Shown one piece after another: positions 29,557 through 39,789 of a stretch of 64,000 bases of DNA (the first letter of the stretch is position 1; every line of letters begins with the position of its first letter). The notes below the pieces were generated by a model, which had not been told where the DNA came from, ran no database searches, and saw only the letters and a program-made list of their open reading frames with translations. The stretch comes from Pseudomonadota bacterium (GTDB lineage Bacteria > Pseudomonadota > Gammaproteobacteria > QQUJ01). A program made the translations under genes and the position numbers. The stretch is from assembly GCA_008501635.1 (NCBI GenBank), contig QQUJ01000018.1, forward strand, positions 335,286 to 399,285. The letters run 5' to 3'.

Positions 29557-30385
29557 GTCGGTCGAAACATCGGTAAGCGAGGCACTGGAAGCAACCTCCG
29601 GGCAACGTTACGACCACGCTAAGAAGGCGGGCAACCAGGGCGACCTGGTCAAACACGCGGCGCTGCTCGCTGCGGTGTCGTATATCGCCTATCGGCAGCA
29701 TTGCGAGACATTCGTCTACGCCGAGAGCCACGCCGGCCCTGCGTGCCATACTTTGCAGCCCGGTGGGGCGTGGGAGGCGGGCATCGGTGCTTTCGGCAGG
29801 CGGGTGGCGGGAGTCGATGAAGCGGATCGACGCTGGCCCGCGCTGCATCCCTATACAGCCACCGCTTTTCGGCACACTCCCTGCGCCGGATCGACCTACC
29901 AAGGCTCGCACGTTCTGGTTCATCGTATGCTGACCCGGGCGGATGTCACGCCGCGCATGCACTTGTGGGATATCAGTTCGCATGTCTGCGCGGATTTGAG
30001 ATTGCGCTACCGCAGCGAGCCGGGCGCGCACATCTCCCGCAGCGATGGTTACAGTGGGCTGGCGATGCTCCCCTACGTGGATTTGGCACTGGTCGATGCG
30101 CCGGCTTTCGAACCACGCCGAATTGCGCAGACGATTGCCGGCCTCAGTATCAAGGAGACACCGTTTCTTTGCTGGATTCCGCGCATCGGTGTCGACTCGG
30201 GCGAAGATCCGGTGGTTCGCGAGTTCCGTGATCTGGTGGCGGAGGACTACTTCGTTGGTACGGCCCAGTGGCAGGATTGGACGCCCGGTCTATGCGGTTG
30301 TGCGGTCGTTGCCAGCCCGGAGTTGCAGGAACCGCTCTCGGCGGTGATGACGGAGCTGCTTTGGGCGATGGGCTGGCGCCCCTGA
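29519..30385 (+). CDS. RlmJ-family (23S rRNA m6A2030-type) methyltransferase homolog with degenerate motif IV (DAPAF instead of DPPY/F)
   Basis: ATG 29519 overlaps the TusA-like gene by 38 nt. QRYDHAKKAGNQGDLVKHAALLAAV and FVYAESHAGPACH match RlmJ (SYRHSFHAGNHADVLKH, LYLDTHAGAGRY). The LALVDAPAFEP region aligns to RlmJ LILIDPPYE. The start is uncertain. Confidence 0.6.
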   Translation: MPTEPINSLSANESVETSVSEALEATSGQRYDHAKKAGNQGDLVKHAALLAAVSYIAYRQHCETFVYAESHAGPACHTLQPGGAWEAGIGAFGRRVAGVDEADRRWPALHPYTATAFRHTPCAGSTYQGSHVLVHRMLTRADVTPRMHLWDISSHVCADLRLRYRSEPGAHISRSDGYSGLAMLPYVDLALVDAPAFEPRRIAQTIAGLSIKETPFLCWIPRIGVDSGEDPVVREFRDLVAEDYFVGTAQWQDWTPGLCGCAVVASPELQEPLSAVMTELLWAMGWRP

Positions 30386-30495
30386 CCGATCCGTTCCTGT
30401 TCCCGATTTCCGCAGGAGATATGGCGACCCGCCGTGCGTTGGTTTAGTGGCGGGCTCCTGTTACAGTGGCCCGCCGGTTCCCTACGACACGTTTC

Positions 30496-33400
30496 ATGGC
30501 TGGTCCTGTTTCCCAATCCCGTAGCCCCGGTCCTGCAGTACTGCCAAAGTGGTTGGCGGAGCTGCGCGCTGAACTCGAGGTTTGCAGTTGGCGTGACCGG
30601 GGTGAACTGGAAAAGCTGTTCGCCGCCATCGCCAGGCGATTGAATGACGGCAAGCCTGCCGATCGACTTCGCACCAAACTCAACGCATTGATAGCCGCTT
30701 CCCGGGAGCGCCGTGCGCGCCGTCTGGCCGGACGCCCGGTGGTGACTTTCCCCGCAGAGTTGCCGGTCAGTCAGCGTCGCGATGAAATTGCAGAGGCTAT
30801 CGCCGGGCACCAGGTCATTGTGCTGTGCGGGGAGACGGGCTCAGGCAAAACCACGCAGCTACCCAAGATCTGTCTCGAGCTGGGACGCGGTGTCGATGGC
30901 CTGATTGGCCATACACAACCACGACGTATCGCCGCGCGCGCCGTTGCCGCGCGTATCAGCGAAGAGCTCGAGTGCGAGCTGGGACAGCAGGTGGGTTACA
31001 AGGTGCGCTTCAGCGATCGCACCCGACCCGACAGCTACATCAAACTGATGACCGACGGAATTCTTCTGGCCGAGACCCAGGGCGATCCGCTACTTTTGGC
31101 CTACGATACGTTGATCATCGATGAAGCGCACGAACGCAGTCTCAACATTGATTTTCTGCTGGGTTATCTCAAACGTCTGCTGCCCAGGCGGCCGGATCTC
31201 AAACTTGTTATCACCTCGGCCACGATCGATCCTGAGCTGTTCGCACGGCATTTTGACGACGCGCCGATAATCACCGTCTCGGGTCGAACCTATCCTGTTG
31301 AAGTTCGCTATCGGCCCATCGCAGGTGAGGACGAGGACGAACGCGATCGTGATCTCGGTCAAGCCATCCTTGATGCCGTGGATGAGGTCTCGCGCATTGA
31401 CCGGTTCGGTGACGTGCTGATCTTCCTGCCGGGTGAACGCGAAATACGTGAGACGGCGGAGGCACTGCGCAAGCACCATCCACCCGGCACCGAAATAGTT
31501 CCGCTCTTCGCCCGGTTGTCCGCGGCGCAGCAGCAGCAGATTTTTAAACCCCACCAGGGTCAGCGCATCGTCCTGAGCACCAATGTTGCGGAGACCTCGC
31601 TGACGGTGCCGGGTATTCGCTTTGTCATCGACCCGGGCCTGGCGCGGATCAGTCGTTACAGCTACCGCACCAAGGTGCAGCGGCTACCGATCGAGAAAAT
31701 CGCTCAGTCCTCGGCCAATCAACGGGCCGGTCGTTGCGGGCGGATCAGTGCCGGTGTTTGTATTCGCCTCTACTCGGAGGAGGACTTCATCAATCGTGCC
31801 CAGTTTACAGAGCCTGAGATTCTGCGCACCAATCTCGCGGCGGTGATTCTGCAGATGAAGTCTTTGCGCTTGGGTGATATCGAAGCGTTTCCTTTCGTTG
31901 AGGCGCCGGATTCGCGCTACATCCGCGATGGGATGCGTGTGCTGGAGGAGTTGGGCGCGGTCGATGCGAAAGGGCATCTCACTGAAATCGGTACGCGGCT
32001 CGCCCACTTGCCCATCGATCCGTGTATTGGCCGCATGCTGCTGGGTTCCTCGAGCGAGGGGAGCCTCCAGGAAATGCTGGTAATCGGTGCCGCGTTGAGT
32101 ATTCAGGACCCGCGCGAGCGTCCACTGGACGCTCGACAGAAGGCCGATGCGAGTCACCTTGAATGGCGCGATGAGCGCTCCGATTTTCTCAGCTACCTCA
32201 ATCTGTGGCGCTGGTTCGAGGAGCAACGCCGTCACCTCACACAGAGTAAACTGCGGCGACTTTGCCGCGAGCGCTTTCTCTCCTACGTGCGAATGCGCGA
32301 GTGGCGCGATATTCATCAGCAACTGCACCACCACGCCATCGAGCTTGGAATGCGGCCCAATCAGCAGCAGGCCGATTACGCCGCCATCCACCGAGCGCTC
32401 CTTAGCGGAGTACTCGGTGGCATCGCAATGAAAAGCGAGAAGAACGAATATCAAGGTGCACGCGGTATCAAGTTGATGTTGTGGCCAGGTTCGGGATTGT
32501 TCAATCGTGGACCGAAATGGATTGCCGCGGCAGAACTGGTGGAAACCACGCGACTCTATGCGCGTACGCTCGCTCAAATCGAGCCAGAGTGGGTGGAGCC
32601 GCTGGCCGGGAACCTGGTCAAGCGCAGTTACTTCGAACCTCACTGGGAGAAGCGTCCTGCTCAAGTCGCCGCGTATGAGCAGATCAGCCTCTATGGCCTG
32701 GTACTGGTAACGAAACGGCGGGTGAACTATGGGCCGCTGGACCCCGGGCTCAGCCGTGAGCTCTTCATCCGGCATGCCCTGGTACAGGGCGAGTACAACT
32801 CCGCGGCACCCTTCCATCACCACAATCGTCAATTGATCGAAGAGATCACGGCGATGGAGCATCGCGAGCGGCGACGCGACATCTTGATCGACGAGCAGGA
32901 GATGTACTCGTTCTTCGACGCACTGTTGCCGGTAGGGATCTACAGCGGCAAATCGTTCGAAAGCTGGCGCAAGCAGGCCGAGCAGGAGAATCCACGGCTG
33001 CTCTTTCTCGATAAGTCGGATTTGATGCGCCGGCCTGAAGAGGCCAGCGAACGAGAGTTCCCTGCTCTGCTGGAGGTGGCGGAAGGTTTAAGGTTGCCGC
33101 TCAGTTACCACTTCGATCCGGGGCACGGCTGCGATGGCGTAACGCTGATTGTACCGGCTGCGGCGCTCAATCAACTCGATCCGCGACGTCTTGAATGGCT
33201 GGTTCCAGGGTTGTTGCAAGAGAAGGTCACAGCCCTGATTCGCGCGCTTCCCAAATCGTTGCGGCGAAACTTCGTGCCCGCTCCCGATTTTGCGTTGGCC
33301 TGTCTGAACTCGGTGGAGCGAGGGCAAGGTGACTTGAGGGATGCACTCGGTTCCCAACTCAAACGCATGACCGGAGTCGAGGTACCCAGCGATGCCTGGG

Positions 33401-34419
33401 AATGCGCAGCGCTTCCAGACCACCTGCGTCTCAATTATCGGGTGATCGATAGCCATGGAAAACCATTGGCGGAGGGACGCGATCTGGCTGAGTTGCGCCG
33501 GAATCTGGATACACAGGCCCAGGTCCATTTTGAATCGCTTCCCGAATCGAATTGGGAGCGGAGCGGAATCGAACGCTGGGACTTCGGTGAACTCCCCGAG
33601 CGTATCGAGATTACCCATCATGGGGTCACACTCAATGCCTTTCCGGCATTGGTGGACGAGGGCGACAGCGTCGCCATCCAGTTGATCGACGCTCCAGCAC
33701 GCGCTGCACAACTGCATCATGCCGGATTGCGCCGACTGATACTCTTGTCACTGCCTCAGCAAGCGCGCTATCTCCGTAAAAATCTGCCGGGTTTCGACAG
33801 GATTGCCATGAATTACCGTGGGATAGGTACTACGGATTCGTTACGCGAAGACCTCACTCGCGCAATCGTCGATGAAACATTTCTACGCGGTGCTACAGCG
33901 GTGCGCGATCAACGCACTTTCACCAGAGTACTGGAAGCGGGACGTGGCCGCATGATGGAGGTGGCCGACGAGATCTGCGGCATCGTTGCCGAAATCCTCA
34001 CTGCCTACCGTATTATTGATAAGCGACTGAAGGGTTCAATGTCGCCGTTGTGGATCGAAGCTGCACGCGAGATACGGAACCAGCTTGACCATCTGATCCA
34101 CCCCGATTTCATCAGTCGCACTCCGGTGTGTTGGCTGCGCGAGTTGCCGCGTTACTTGCGCGCGATCGGGCTGCGGCTGGAGAAGCTGCCCGGCAATCTG
34201 ACGCGCGATCGCAGAAACGCGGCTGAGGTTGAGCGTTTCTGGACGTTGTACTGCGATAGACATGAAAAAAATGGTCGCAAAGGCGCTGCAAACGACGCCT
34301 TGGAACGGTTTCGTTGGTTGATCGAGGAGCTCCGCGTATCGCTTTTTGCCCAGGAGTTAGGGACCTCGCGGCCCGTTTCCTGCGAACGACTACAGAAACT
34401 CTGGGTGCAAATACGCTGA
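30496..34419 (+). CDS. hrpA: ATP-dependent RNA helicase HrpA (DEAH-box)
   Basis: 1307 aa. ...FPAELPVSQRRDEIAEAIAGHQVIVLCGETGSGKTTQLPKICLELGRG...LIIDEAHERSLNIDFLLGYLKRLLPRRPDLKLVITSATID... is near-collinear with E. coli HrpA. Confidence 0.9.
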   Translation: MAGPVSQSRSPGPAVLPKWLAELRAELEVCSWRDRGELEKLFAAIARRLNDGKPADRLRTKLNALIAASRERRARRLAGRPVVTFPAELPVSQRRDEIAEAIAGHQVIVLCGETGSGKTTQLPKICLELGRGVDGLIGHTQPRRIAARAVAARISEELECELGQQVGYKVRFSDRTRPDSYIKLMTDGILLAETQGDPLLLAYDTLIIDEAHERSLNIDFLLGYLKRLLPRRPDLKLVITSATIDPELFARHFDDAPIITVSGRTYPVEVRYRPIAGEDEDERDRDLGQAILDAVDEVSRIDRFGDVLIFLPGEREIRETAEALRKHHPPGTEIVPLFARLSAAQQQQIFKPHQGQRIVLSTNVAETSLTVPGIRFVIDPGLARISRYSYRTKVQRLPIEKIAQSSANQRAGRCGRISAGVCIRLYSEEDFINRAQFTEPEILRTNLAAVILQMKSLRLGDIEAFPFVEAPDSRYIRDGMRVLEELGAVDAKGHLTEIGTRLAHLPIDPCIGRMLLGSSSEGSLQEMLVIGAALSIQDPRERPLDARQKADASHLEWRDERSDFLSYLNLWRWFEEQRRHLTQSKLRRLCRERFLSYVRMREWRDIHQQLHHHAIELGMRPNQQQADYAAIHRALLSGVLGGIAMKSEKNEYQGARGIKLMLWPGSGLFNRGPKWIAAAELVETTRLYARTLAQIEPEWVEPLAGNLVKRSYFEPHWEKRPAQVAAYEQISLYGLVLVTKRRVNYGPLDPGLSRELFIRHALVQGEYNSAAPFHHHNRQLIEEITAMEHRERRRDILIDEQEMYSFFDALLPVGIYSGKSFESWRKQAEQENPRLLFLDKSDLMRRPEEASEREFPALLEVAEGLRLPLSYHFDPGHGCDGVTLIVPAAALNQLDPRRLEWLVPGLLQEKVTALIRALPKSLRRNFVPAPDFALACLNSVERGQGDLRDALGSQLKRMTGVEVPSDAWECAALPDHLRLNYRVIDSHGKPLAEGRDLAELRRNLDTQAQVHFESLPESNWERSGIERWDFGELPERIEITHHGVTLNAFPALVDEGDSVAIQLIDAPARAAQLHHAGLRRLILLSLPQQARYLRKNLPGFDRIAMNYRGIGTTDSLREDLTRAIVDETFLRGATAVRDQRTFTRVLEAGRGRMMEVADEICGIVAEILTAYRIIDKRLKGSMSPLWIEAAREIRNQLDHLIHPDFISRTPVCWLRELPRYLRAIGLRLEKLPGNLTRDRRNAAEVERFWTLYCDRHEKNGRKGAANDALERFRWLIEELRVSLFAQELGTSRPVSCERLQKLWVQIR

Positions 34420-34435
34420 GCATCCCTGGTACGCG

Positions 34436-37111
34436 CTAATGGCGCGTATCTGAATGTTCGCCTCCACGGGTCCGCTCGAACCCTACCAGGGTGGTCTCCA
34501 GATCCTCCATTACATCGCTGTCGCCGCGCGCTTCCAATGCCTCGGGCTGGAACAGGGGGCGTGGCGGGCTGATGGCCATGCCTTGTGCGTAGTCGACGCC
34601 GATGCGTTGCAGGATTTCAATGGAGTCGCGGTCCTCCACCATCTCGGCAATAGTGCGGATGCCTAATGCGTGGGCAGTGCGGTTGATCGATTCAATAATG
34701 GTCTGATCGACAGTGTCGCGAACCAGATCGCGCACGAAGCCGCCATCGATCTTCAGATAGTCTACCGGTAGATTCTTTAGGTAGTTGAACGACGACATTC
34801 CGCTGCCGAAATCGTCCAGTGCCAAGCGGCAGCCCATTTCGCGAACCTCGCGAATAAAATTACGCGCGCGTTCCAAAGAGGCCATTACCGCGGTTTCGGT
34901 AATCTCGAAGCAGATGGTTTCCGGAGGTATGCCAAACTCGGAAAACTGATCGCGCAGATAGTGGACAAACAGTTCGTCATTGATGCTGGCAGCCGAGATG
35001 TTTACCGAAATCATGCCCAGCGTCTGCTGCAGGTTTTCACCGTTGGGATGGGCGCGCATGTGGGTCGCGAGGCTCGAGAAAAGGTTGGTAACGACCCAGC
35101 GGTCTACCTTGGGCATCAGGTCGTAACGCTCCGCGGGTGGGATAAACGCCCCGGGTGGGATCAATGTGCCATCCTTTTCCAGGATGCGGATCAGTATCTC
35201 ACGGTGGGGCGCCGCACCGTTGCCGTCGCGCAGCGGTTTTATGGTTTGAGCGAACAATATGAAACGATCCTGCTGGAGCGCTTTGTTGACGCCGGCCACC
35301 CAGTGCATCTCTCCGTGGCGGCGTGCCAGTTCCTCGTTGCTGGGGTGGTAAACCTGCACCCGATTGCGGCCGAGATCTTTCGCCGCGTAACAGGCTACGT
35401 CCGCAGCGCTTAACAAGCCCGCGACGGTGTCGCTTTCAAAGCTGATCGGCACCAGGCCGATACTGGCTCCCACGGAAAACGACTTGCCGTTCCAGTTGAA
35501 GGTGAATCGGTCGATTTCGCGACGCATGCTTTCCGCCACGTCTTCGGCCTTTTTCAGCGGGCAACCCTCCAACAGCAGCCCGAACTCGTCGCCGCCCAGT
35601 CGCGCCAGGGTGTCGTTATCACGCACCTTTTCCCGCAACGCCGCCGCCAATTCGCGCAACAGGGCATCGCCGGCGATGTGCCCGCAGATATCGTTGACCA
35701 CCTTGAATTGATCGAGATCGATGTAGGCGAGTGCATGATCATCGTGTTCCAGGCGGGCGGAACGCAAAGCACTCTCGAGGCGACGTTCGAATTCCCGACG
35801 ATTGACCAGACCTGTCAGCGGATCATGGGAGGCGTGATAGCGCAGTTCGTCGGCCATACGCTGCTCCTGGGTGACATCGTGGAGAATCATCACGGTTCCG
35901 GTCGGATTGCCCTGCTCATCGCGCAACAGCGCTGTGGCCTCCTCGACTACCAGACGCCTCCCGTCACGACGGTGCAATACAAAGCGTGTACGGGCCGTCC
36001 CGCTGTGTTCACGGAAACCAGGGTCAAGCGGTTTTACGGTCGTTTCGGTGCGCGGGTCATCGAACAGGCGGCACACCTCCGGGAGGGCACGGCCATGGGC
36101 CTCTTCCGCGCTCCACCCCACCAGTCTTTCTGCCGCGGGATTGAGGAACTCGACCCGGCCATCGCGATTGGTCGTAAGCACCGCATCGGCGATGGAGCTG
36201 ACTGTGATCAGCGCCCGTTCTTTCTCTGCTTTCAATGCAACCTCGGCGCTCTCGCGCGCCTTGATATCGCGTTTGAGCAGATTGACCGCCTCGCGCAAGC
36301 GCTGCGTGCGTTCCCGCACCTTTTTTTCCAGATCGGCCCGAATCGCGTCCAACTCCTGAGCGTGGTTCTTCTGACGTTCGGCGATGCGGCGATCGATGGC
36401 GGAGGTGGCGAGAACGGTAGCTAAAACAAGCAAAGAGATTGTGGCAATGATGGTGGCCAGTGATAACGGTTCCAGCCCCTGCAAGCCCGCCGCGGAACTC
36501 GACTCCGCGGTAAAAGTGGCCGAAGCCATGGCGGTGTAGTGCATACCTGCAATAGCCGACCCCATAATCAGCGAGCCGCCCAGCGTTTCGCGATCGAGTT
36601 GCAGCGGTGATTTTTCCCGCAAGGCAAAGGAAAGCTTCAGCGCAGCCATCGAAGCCACGATCGCAATGATGATCGACAGGGCGAGTATCGGGAGATCGTA
36701 ACCGACCGTCGCGGATATTCGCATCGCGCTCATGCCGGTGTAGTGCATGGTGGAAATACCGGTGCCGAGGCAAAGGCCGCCGACCGCGAACCGTTTGAGA
36801 CCATCTCCGGGGGTATTGGCGATATAAAGCCCGAGCAGTGCACCGAGGGTGGCGGGTATCATCGAAAGCAACGTCAGCGGAGTATCGTAAGTGACAGCAA
36901 CCGGCAACTGGAGCGCCAGCATCCCCACGAAATGCATCGACCAGATGCCAGCCCCCATTACCAGAGCGCTGCCGAGCAGCCAGCGATTTCGTGCCGGTCC
37001 CGTGGTACCGGCGACGCGCCCCATCAAACCGAAGGCGATGTAGGATACGAATACGGCGATGACAATGGAGAGTGTGACCAGCCGAAGGTCGTAGGATCCA
37101 TCCAGATTCAT
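34436..37111 (-). CDS. MHYT-domain membrane sensor with PAS, GGDEF and EAL domains (MucR/NbdA-like c-di-GMP enzyme)
   Basis: 891 aa. Three MHYT motifs lie in the 7-TM N-terminus (MHFVGM, MHYTGM, MHYTAM). A coiled-coil and a PAS domain follow. The GGDEF motif is RLGGDEFGLL. EAL-domain signatures are EALxR and ALDDFGSGMSSFNYL. Confidence 0.85.
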   Translation of the reverse strand: MNLDGSYDLRLVTLSIVIAVFVSYIAFGLMGRVAGTTGPARNRWLLGSALVMGAGIWSMHFVGMLALQLPVAVTYDTPLTLLSMIPATLGALLGLYIANTPGDGLKRFAVGGLCLGTGISTMHYTGMSAMRISATVGYDLPILALSIIIAIVASMAALKLSFALREKSPLQLDRETLGGSLIMGSAIAGMHYTAMASATFTAESSSAAGLQGLEPLSLATIIATISLLVLATVLATSAIDRRIAERQKNHAQELDAIRADLEKKVRERTQRLREAVNLLKRDIKARESAEVALKAEKERALITVSSIADAVLTTNRDGRVEFLNPAAERLVGWSAEEAHGRALPEVCRLFDDPRTETTVKPLDPGFREHSGTARTRFVLHRRDGRRLVVEEATALLRDEQGNPTGTVMILHDVTQEQRMADELRYHASHDPLTGLVNRREFERRLESALRSARLEHDDHALAYIDLDQFKVVNDICGHIAGDALLRELAAALREKVRDNDTLARLGGDEFGLLLEGCPLKKAEDVAESMRREIDRFTFNWNGKSFSVGASIGLVPISFESDTVAGLLSAADVACYAAKDLGRNRVQVYHPSNEELARRHGEMHWVAGVNKALQQDRFILFAQTIKPLRDGNGAAPHREILIRILEKDGTLIPPGAFIPPAERYDLMPKVDRWVVTNLFSSLATHMRAHPNGENLQQTLGMISVNISAASINDELFVHYLRDQFSEFGIPPETICFEITETAVMASLERARNFIREVREMGCRLALDDFGSGMSSFNYLKNLPVDYLKIDGGFVRDLVRDTVDQTIIESINRTAHALGIRTIAEMVEDRDSIEILQRIGVDYAQGMAISPPRPLFQPEALEARGDSDVMEDLETTLVGFERTRGGEHSDTRH

Positions 37112-37258
37112 AGCTCGCCCTTACGCGAGTAGGCCAGCGCCACGGGAGTCCGACGCGCCTGGATAATATCAGTATGTTTATTATGATCCATTAAATTACT
37201 TTGTATTACACTGGAAAGCAATCTCCCCGACCTACACTTGAAGAGCCTTTTCCACCCA

Positions 37259-38161
37259 ATGTCAGCTTATCCCTCAATGTACCCGTTGCCTATCCATTAT
37301 CACGAACCACTGTTTCGTCCCCCCAGTGAGGCCGATTCGCTGATCATCCAGGCCACCCTGGGCTGCTCCTGGAACCGCTGTACGTTTTGTGAAATGTACA
37401 CGAGCAAGCGCTTTCGTCCACGGCCTGAGGCCGAACTCATGGGCGAGATACAACGCCTGGGCGAGCACTGCCAGGACGTGCGGCGGGTTTTCCTTGCCGA
37501 CGGGGATGCCATGACGCTATCAACAAGGAGGCTGCTGGCGATTCTCCATCAAGTTGGCACCCACCTCCCGGGAATCCAGCGGGTATCCTGCTATGCACTG
37601 CCCAGGCAGCTGGCGCGAAAATCCGCGAACGAACTCAGCGAGCTGCAAGATGCGGGTCTCAAGCTGGTCTATGTGGGCGTGGAGTCCGGTGACGATGAGG
37701 TGCTTCGTCGGGTTCAGAAAGGCGAGACGCAGAAAAGCAGTATTGCGGGTCTTCAGCAGGCGCATGCGGCGGGCATGGAGACCTCGGTGATGATACTGAA
37801 CGGGCTCGGCGGCACCACTTTGTCACAACAGCATGCGCGCAGTTCGGCGCTGGTCCTCAACGAGACCCAGCCGCGCTACGCGGCGGTTCTGGTGGTGATG
37901 CTCCCCCATGGTGAGGAGCGGTTTCGCGCGGCCTTCGGTAACGAGTTCCAGCCGCTTGATCTGCGGCAGTCGATCGAGGAGATGCGGTGCTTTATAGCGG
38001 CTACCGACCTTAAGGCCACGATCTTTCGCAGTGATCACGCCTCCAATGTTCTGGTGCTGAAGGGAGTGCTGGGCAAGGACAAGGCCAGGTTGCTGGCGCA
38101 GATCGAACGCGCCGGAAGTGATCCCACACTGCTGAGACAGAATGGGAGGCGCAGACTGTGA
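37259..38161 (+). CDS. radical SAM-domain protein with non-canonical Cx4Cx2C cluster motif
   Basis: From ATG 37259 (alternative TTG 37238). The motif is ATLGCSWNRCTFCEMY (C-x4-C-x2-C). A downstream radical-SAM core is present (VFLADGDAM, LVYVGVESGDDEVLRRVQKGE, glycine-rich MILNGLGG). Divergent from the MHYT sensor. Confidence 0.7.
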   Translation: MSAYPSMYPLPIHYHEPLFRPPSEADSLIIQATLGCSWNRCTFCEMYTSKRFRPRPEAELMGEIQRLGEHCQDVRRVFLADGDAMTLSTRRLLAILHQVGTHLPGIQRVSCYALPRQLARKSANELSELQDAGLKLVYVGVESGDDEVLRRVQKGETQKSSIAGLQQAHAAGMETSVMILNGLGGTTLSQQHARSSALVLNETQPRYAAVLVVMLPHGEERFRAAFGNEFQPLDLRQSIEEMRCFIAATDLKATIFRSDHASNVLVLKGVLGKDKARLLAQIERAGSDPTLLRQNGRRRL

Positions 38162-38372
38162 GATCAGATGGGCGCCCAGATGCTCGTGGTTTCAGTCTTG
38201 TGCGTTGGCGGTGGGTACGAGTTGCGTGCGAACTCGAGGGAATGGTATCGAGGGGTGATGCTGGGGATTCGGGAGGCTGTCTGACAGGGACAGGATCACC
38301 GGTTTCCAGTGGATCAGCAGCCAACAAACGAATGGCGGCCTGGTAAAAGCACCGTTACCGGTTCGGGGCGGA

Positions 38373-39002
38373 TCAAATCAGCTCGGGTTTTATATGGTGC
38401 CAAAGGCGATCGATCTCGGCGTTGAGACTGTGATCCGCGGGAAAAAGGATCAATTCGGCCTGAGGATTGGCGTTGAGGTACTCGATGCTGCCCTGGTAGG
38501 GCACCGTATCATCGTAAATGCCATGAAAGATCAAGGCTGGCAGCGTCCGGTTCAACACACAATTTTCGTATTGACGCGCATCTTCGATGATCCCGTAGTG
38601 AAGTCTGCGTTTCTCCCCGTACTGATAGTGGTCGACCTCCATCCACCCTGTCTCGCGCCAGCGCGCAGCTTGCTGCTTGCCGATCAGGTCGAGGTAGCGC
38701 TCGAGAAAGCGGATCGCAGGCGCGATCATTATCAAACGCGCAATGATGGGAGAATCCTGAGCTATCAGGCAGCCGAGATAACCGCCCATGCTCGATCCGA
38801 TCAGCGTTGTGGGCTCTTCGCTCTCCTGGAGAACATTCCGGATAATGGCGAGTTGGCTGCTGATCGTCAGCTGCTCAAAACCCGGGCTGTTGAGGTCGGG
38901 TGCCTGGAGCTCGATGCCGTGTTCGGCAAAGCGCCGGCGGAAGTAGTTGCCCTTGAAGGTCGATGGGCCGGAGCAGAATCCGTGGAGATAGAGGTAGCGC
39001 AT
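38373..39002 (-). CDS. YqiA-family esterase (alpha/beta hydrolase, UPF0227)
   Basis: MRYLYLHGFCSGPSTFKGNYF...LIGSSMGGYLG...FHGIYDDTVP matches the YqiA esterase layout. Confidence 0.75.
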   Translation of the reverse strand: MRYLYLHGFCSGPSTFKGNYFRRRFAEHGIELQAPDLNSPGFEQLTISSQLAIIRNVLQESEEPTTLIGSSMGGYLGCLIAQDSPIIARLIMIAPAIRFLERYLDLIGKQQAARWRETGWMEVDHYQYGEKRRLHYGIIEDARQYENCVLNRTLPALIFHGIYDDTVPYQGSIEYLNANPQAELILFPADHSLNAEIDRLWHHIKPELI

Positions 39003-39109
39003 CTAATGGTTGATCCGAAAAGCGCTGAACATACTGGTCGCGAGGCTGGCTAACAAGCTTACGTGAGCTGTCGGGTAAAAGGGATCGCCTGACGGGCAAC
39101 CCGGTGAGG

Positions 39110-39484
39110 TCAGTGCGATCGGTTCTGCCGGTAGGGCGCGAAAGCGAAACTGATCAGCGCCGTTGCCCAGCGTTTTTGCCAGTGCAGCATCTCCGCCTTG
39201 GTCAGCTCGGCGATTTGCAGTGAATTGCGAACATTCTGCACGACGCGGTTCTGGCACTCTTCGGCCAGGTGGTGCTGACCGTTGATAATGCCGGTTACGC
39301 TCTCTGGTTCGGCACTCATCCGCAGGACAGCGAGCCCGTTGCTGACGCAGGCAAAGGCGGTCGATAATTCGCGGCCCATGCCACTGGTGGCGGCTTGGGA
39401 GGTCAGCTCGACCATTCGCAACGTATACTCGCGTGCGGTTTTACCCAGTTCGGCATAAGCCGGAGCCGCGCCATGAAAGTGCAT
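39110..39484 (-). CDS. phasin-like (PHA-granule-associated) small protein, tentative
   Basis: ATG 39484 with an aagggga RBS. The 124-aa helical protein (MHFHGAAPAYAELGKTAREYTLRMVELTSQAATSGMGRELS...) is phasin-like in composition. Assignment is tentative. Confidence 0.4.
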   Translation of the reverse strand: MHFHGAAPAYAELGKTAREYTLRMVELTSQAATSGMGRELSTAFACVSNGLAVLRMSAEPESVTGIINGQHHLAEECQNRVVQNVRNSLQIAELTKAEMLHWQKRWATALISFAFAPYRQNRSH

Positions 39485-39789
39485 TGTGTTATCCCCTTGA
39501 AGCAGCCAAATCTTATCCTGATGCTGCGTCGCAGCATAGCATGCCAGAAAGGACCGGAGCAACAATGCAGTGTCGGAAGGGGAGTAGCTATCGTACCTGT
39601 AAAATTGCTACTAATCTCCGTAAAAACAATGTGATACTCAACCTGCGGAGATGGCCTCAGTACAGCTGTCATCCCTTGGCGTAACCCCCGATGATCTTTT
39701 AACGCTACGGCGGGGCCTGCTGTTCCGCGCGGGGGTGAGGCGGGATCCGGGAGGTTCGATCGCGAGGAAGCGGCCGCGGGAGGGGAGCT

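Noticed and set aside
35678-36424. 248-aa + strand ORF, plus 35871..36359 and 36057..36773
   Set aside because: Antisense or alternative-frame ORFs within the MHYT-GGDEF-EAL gene.
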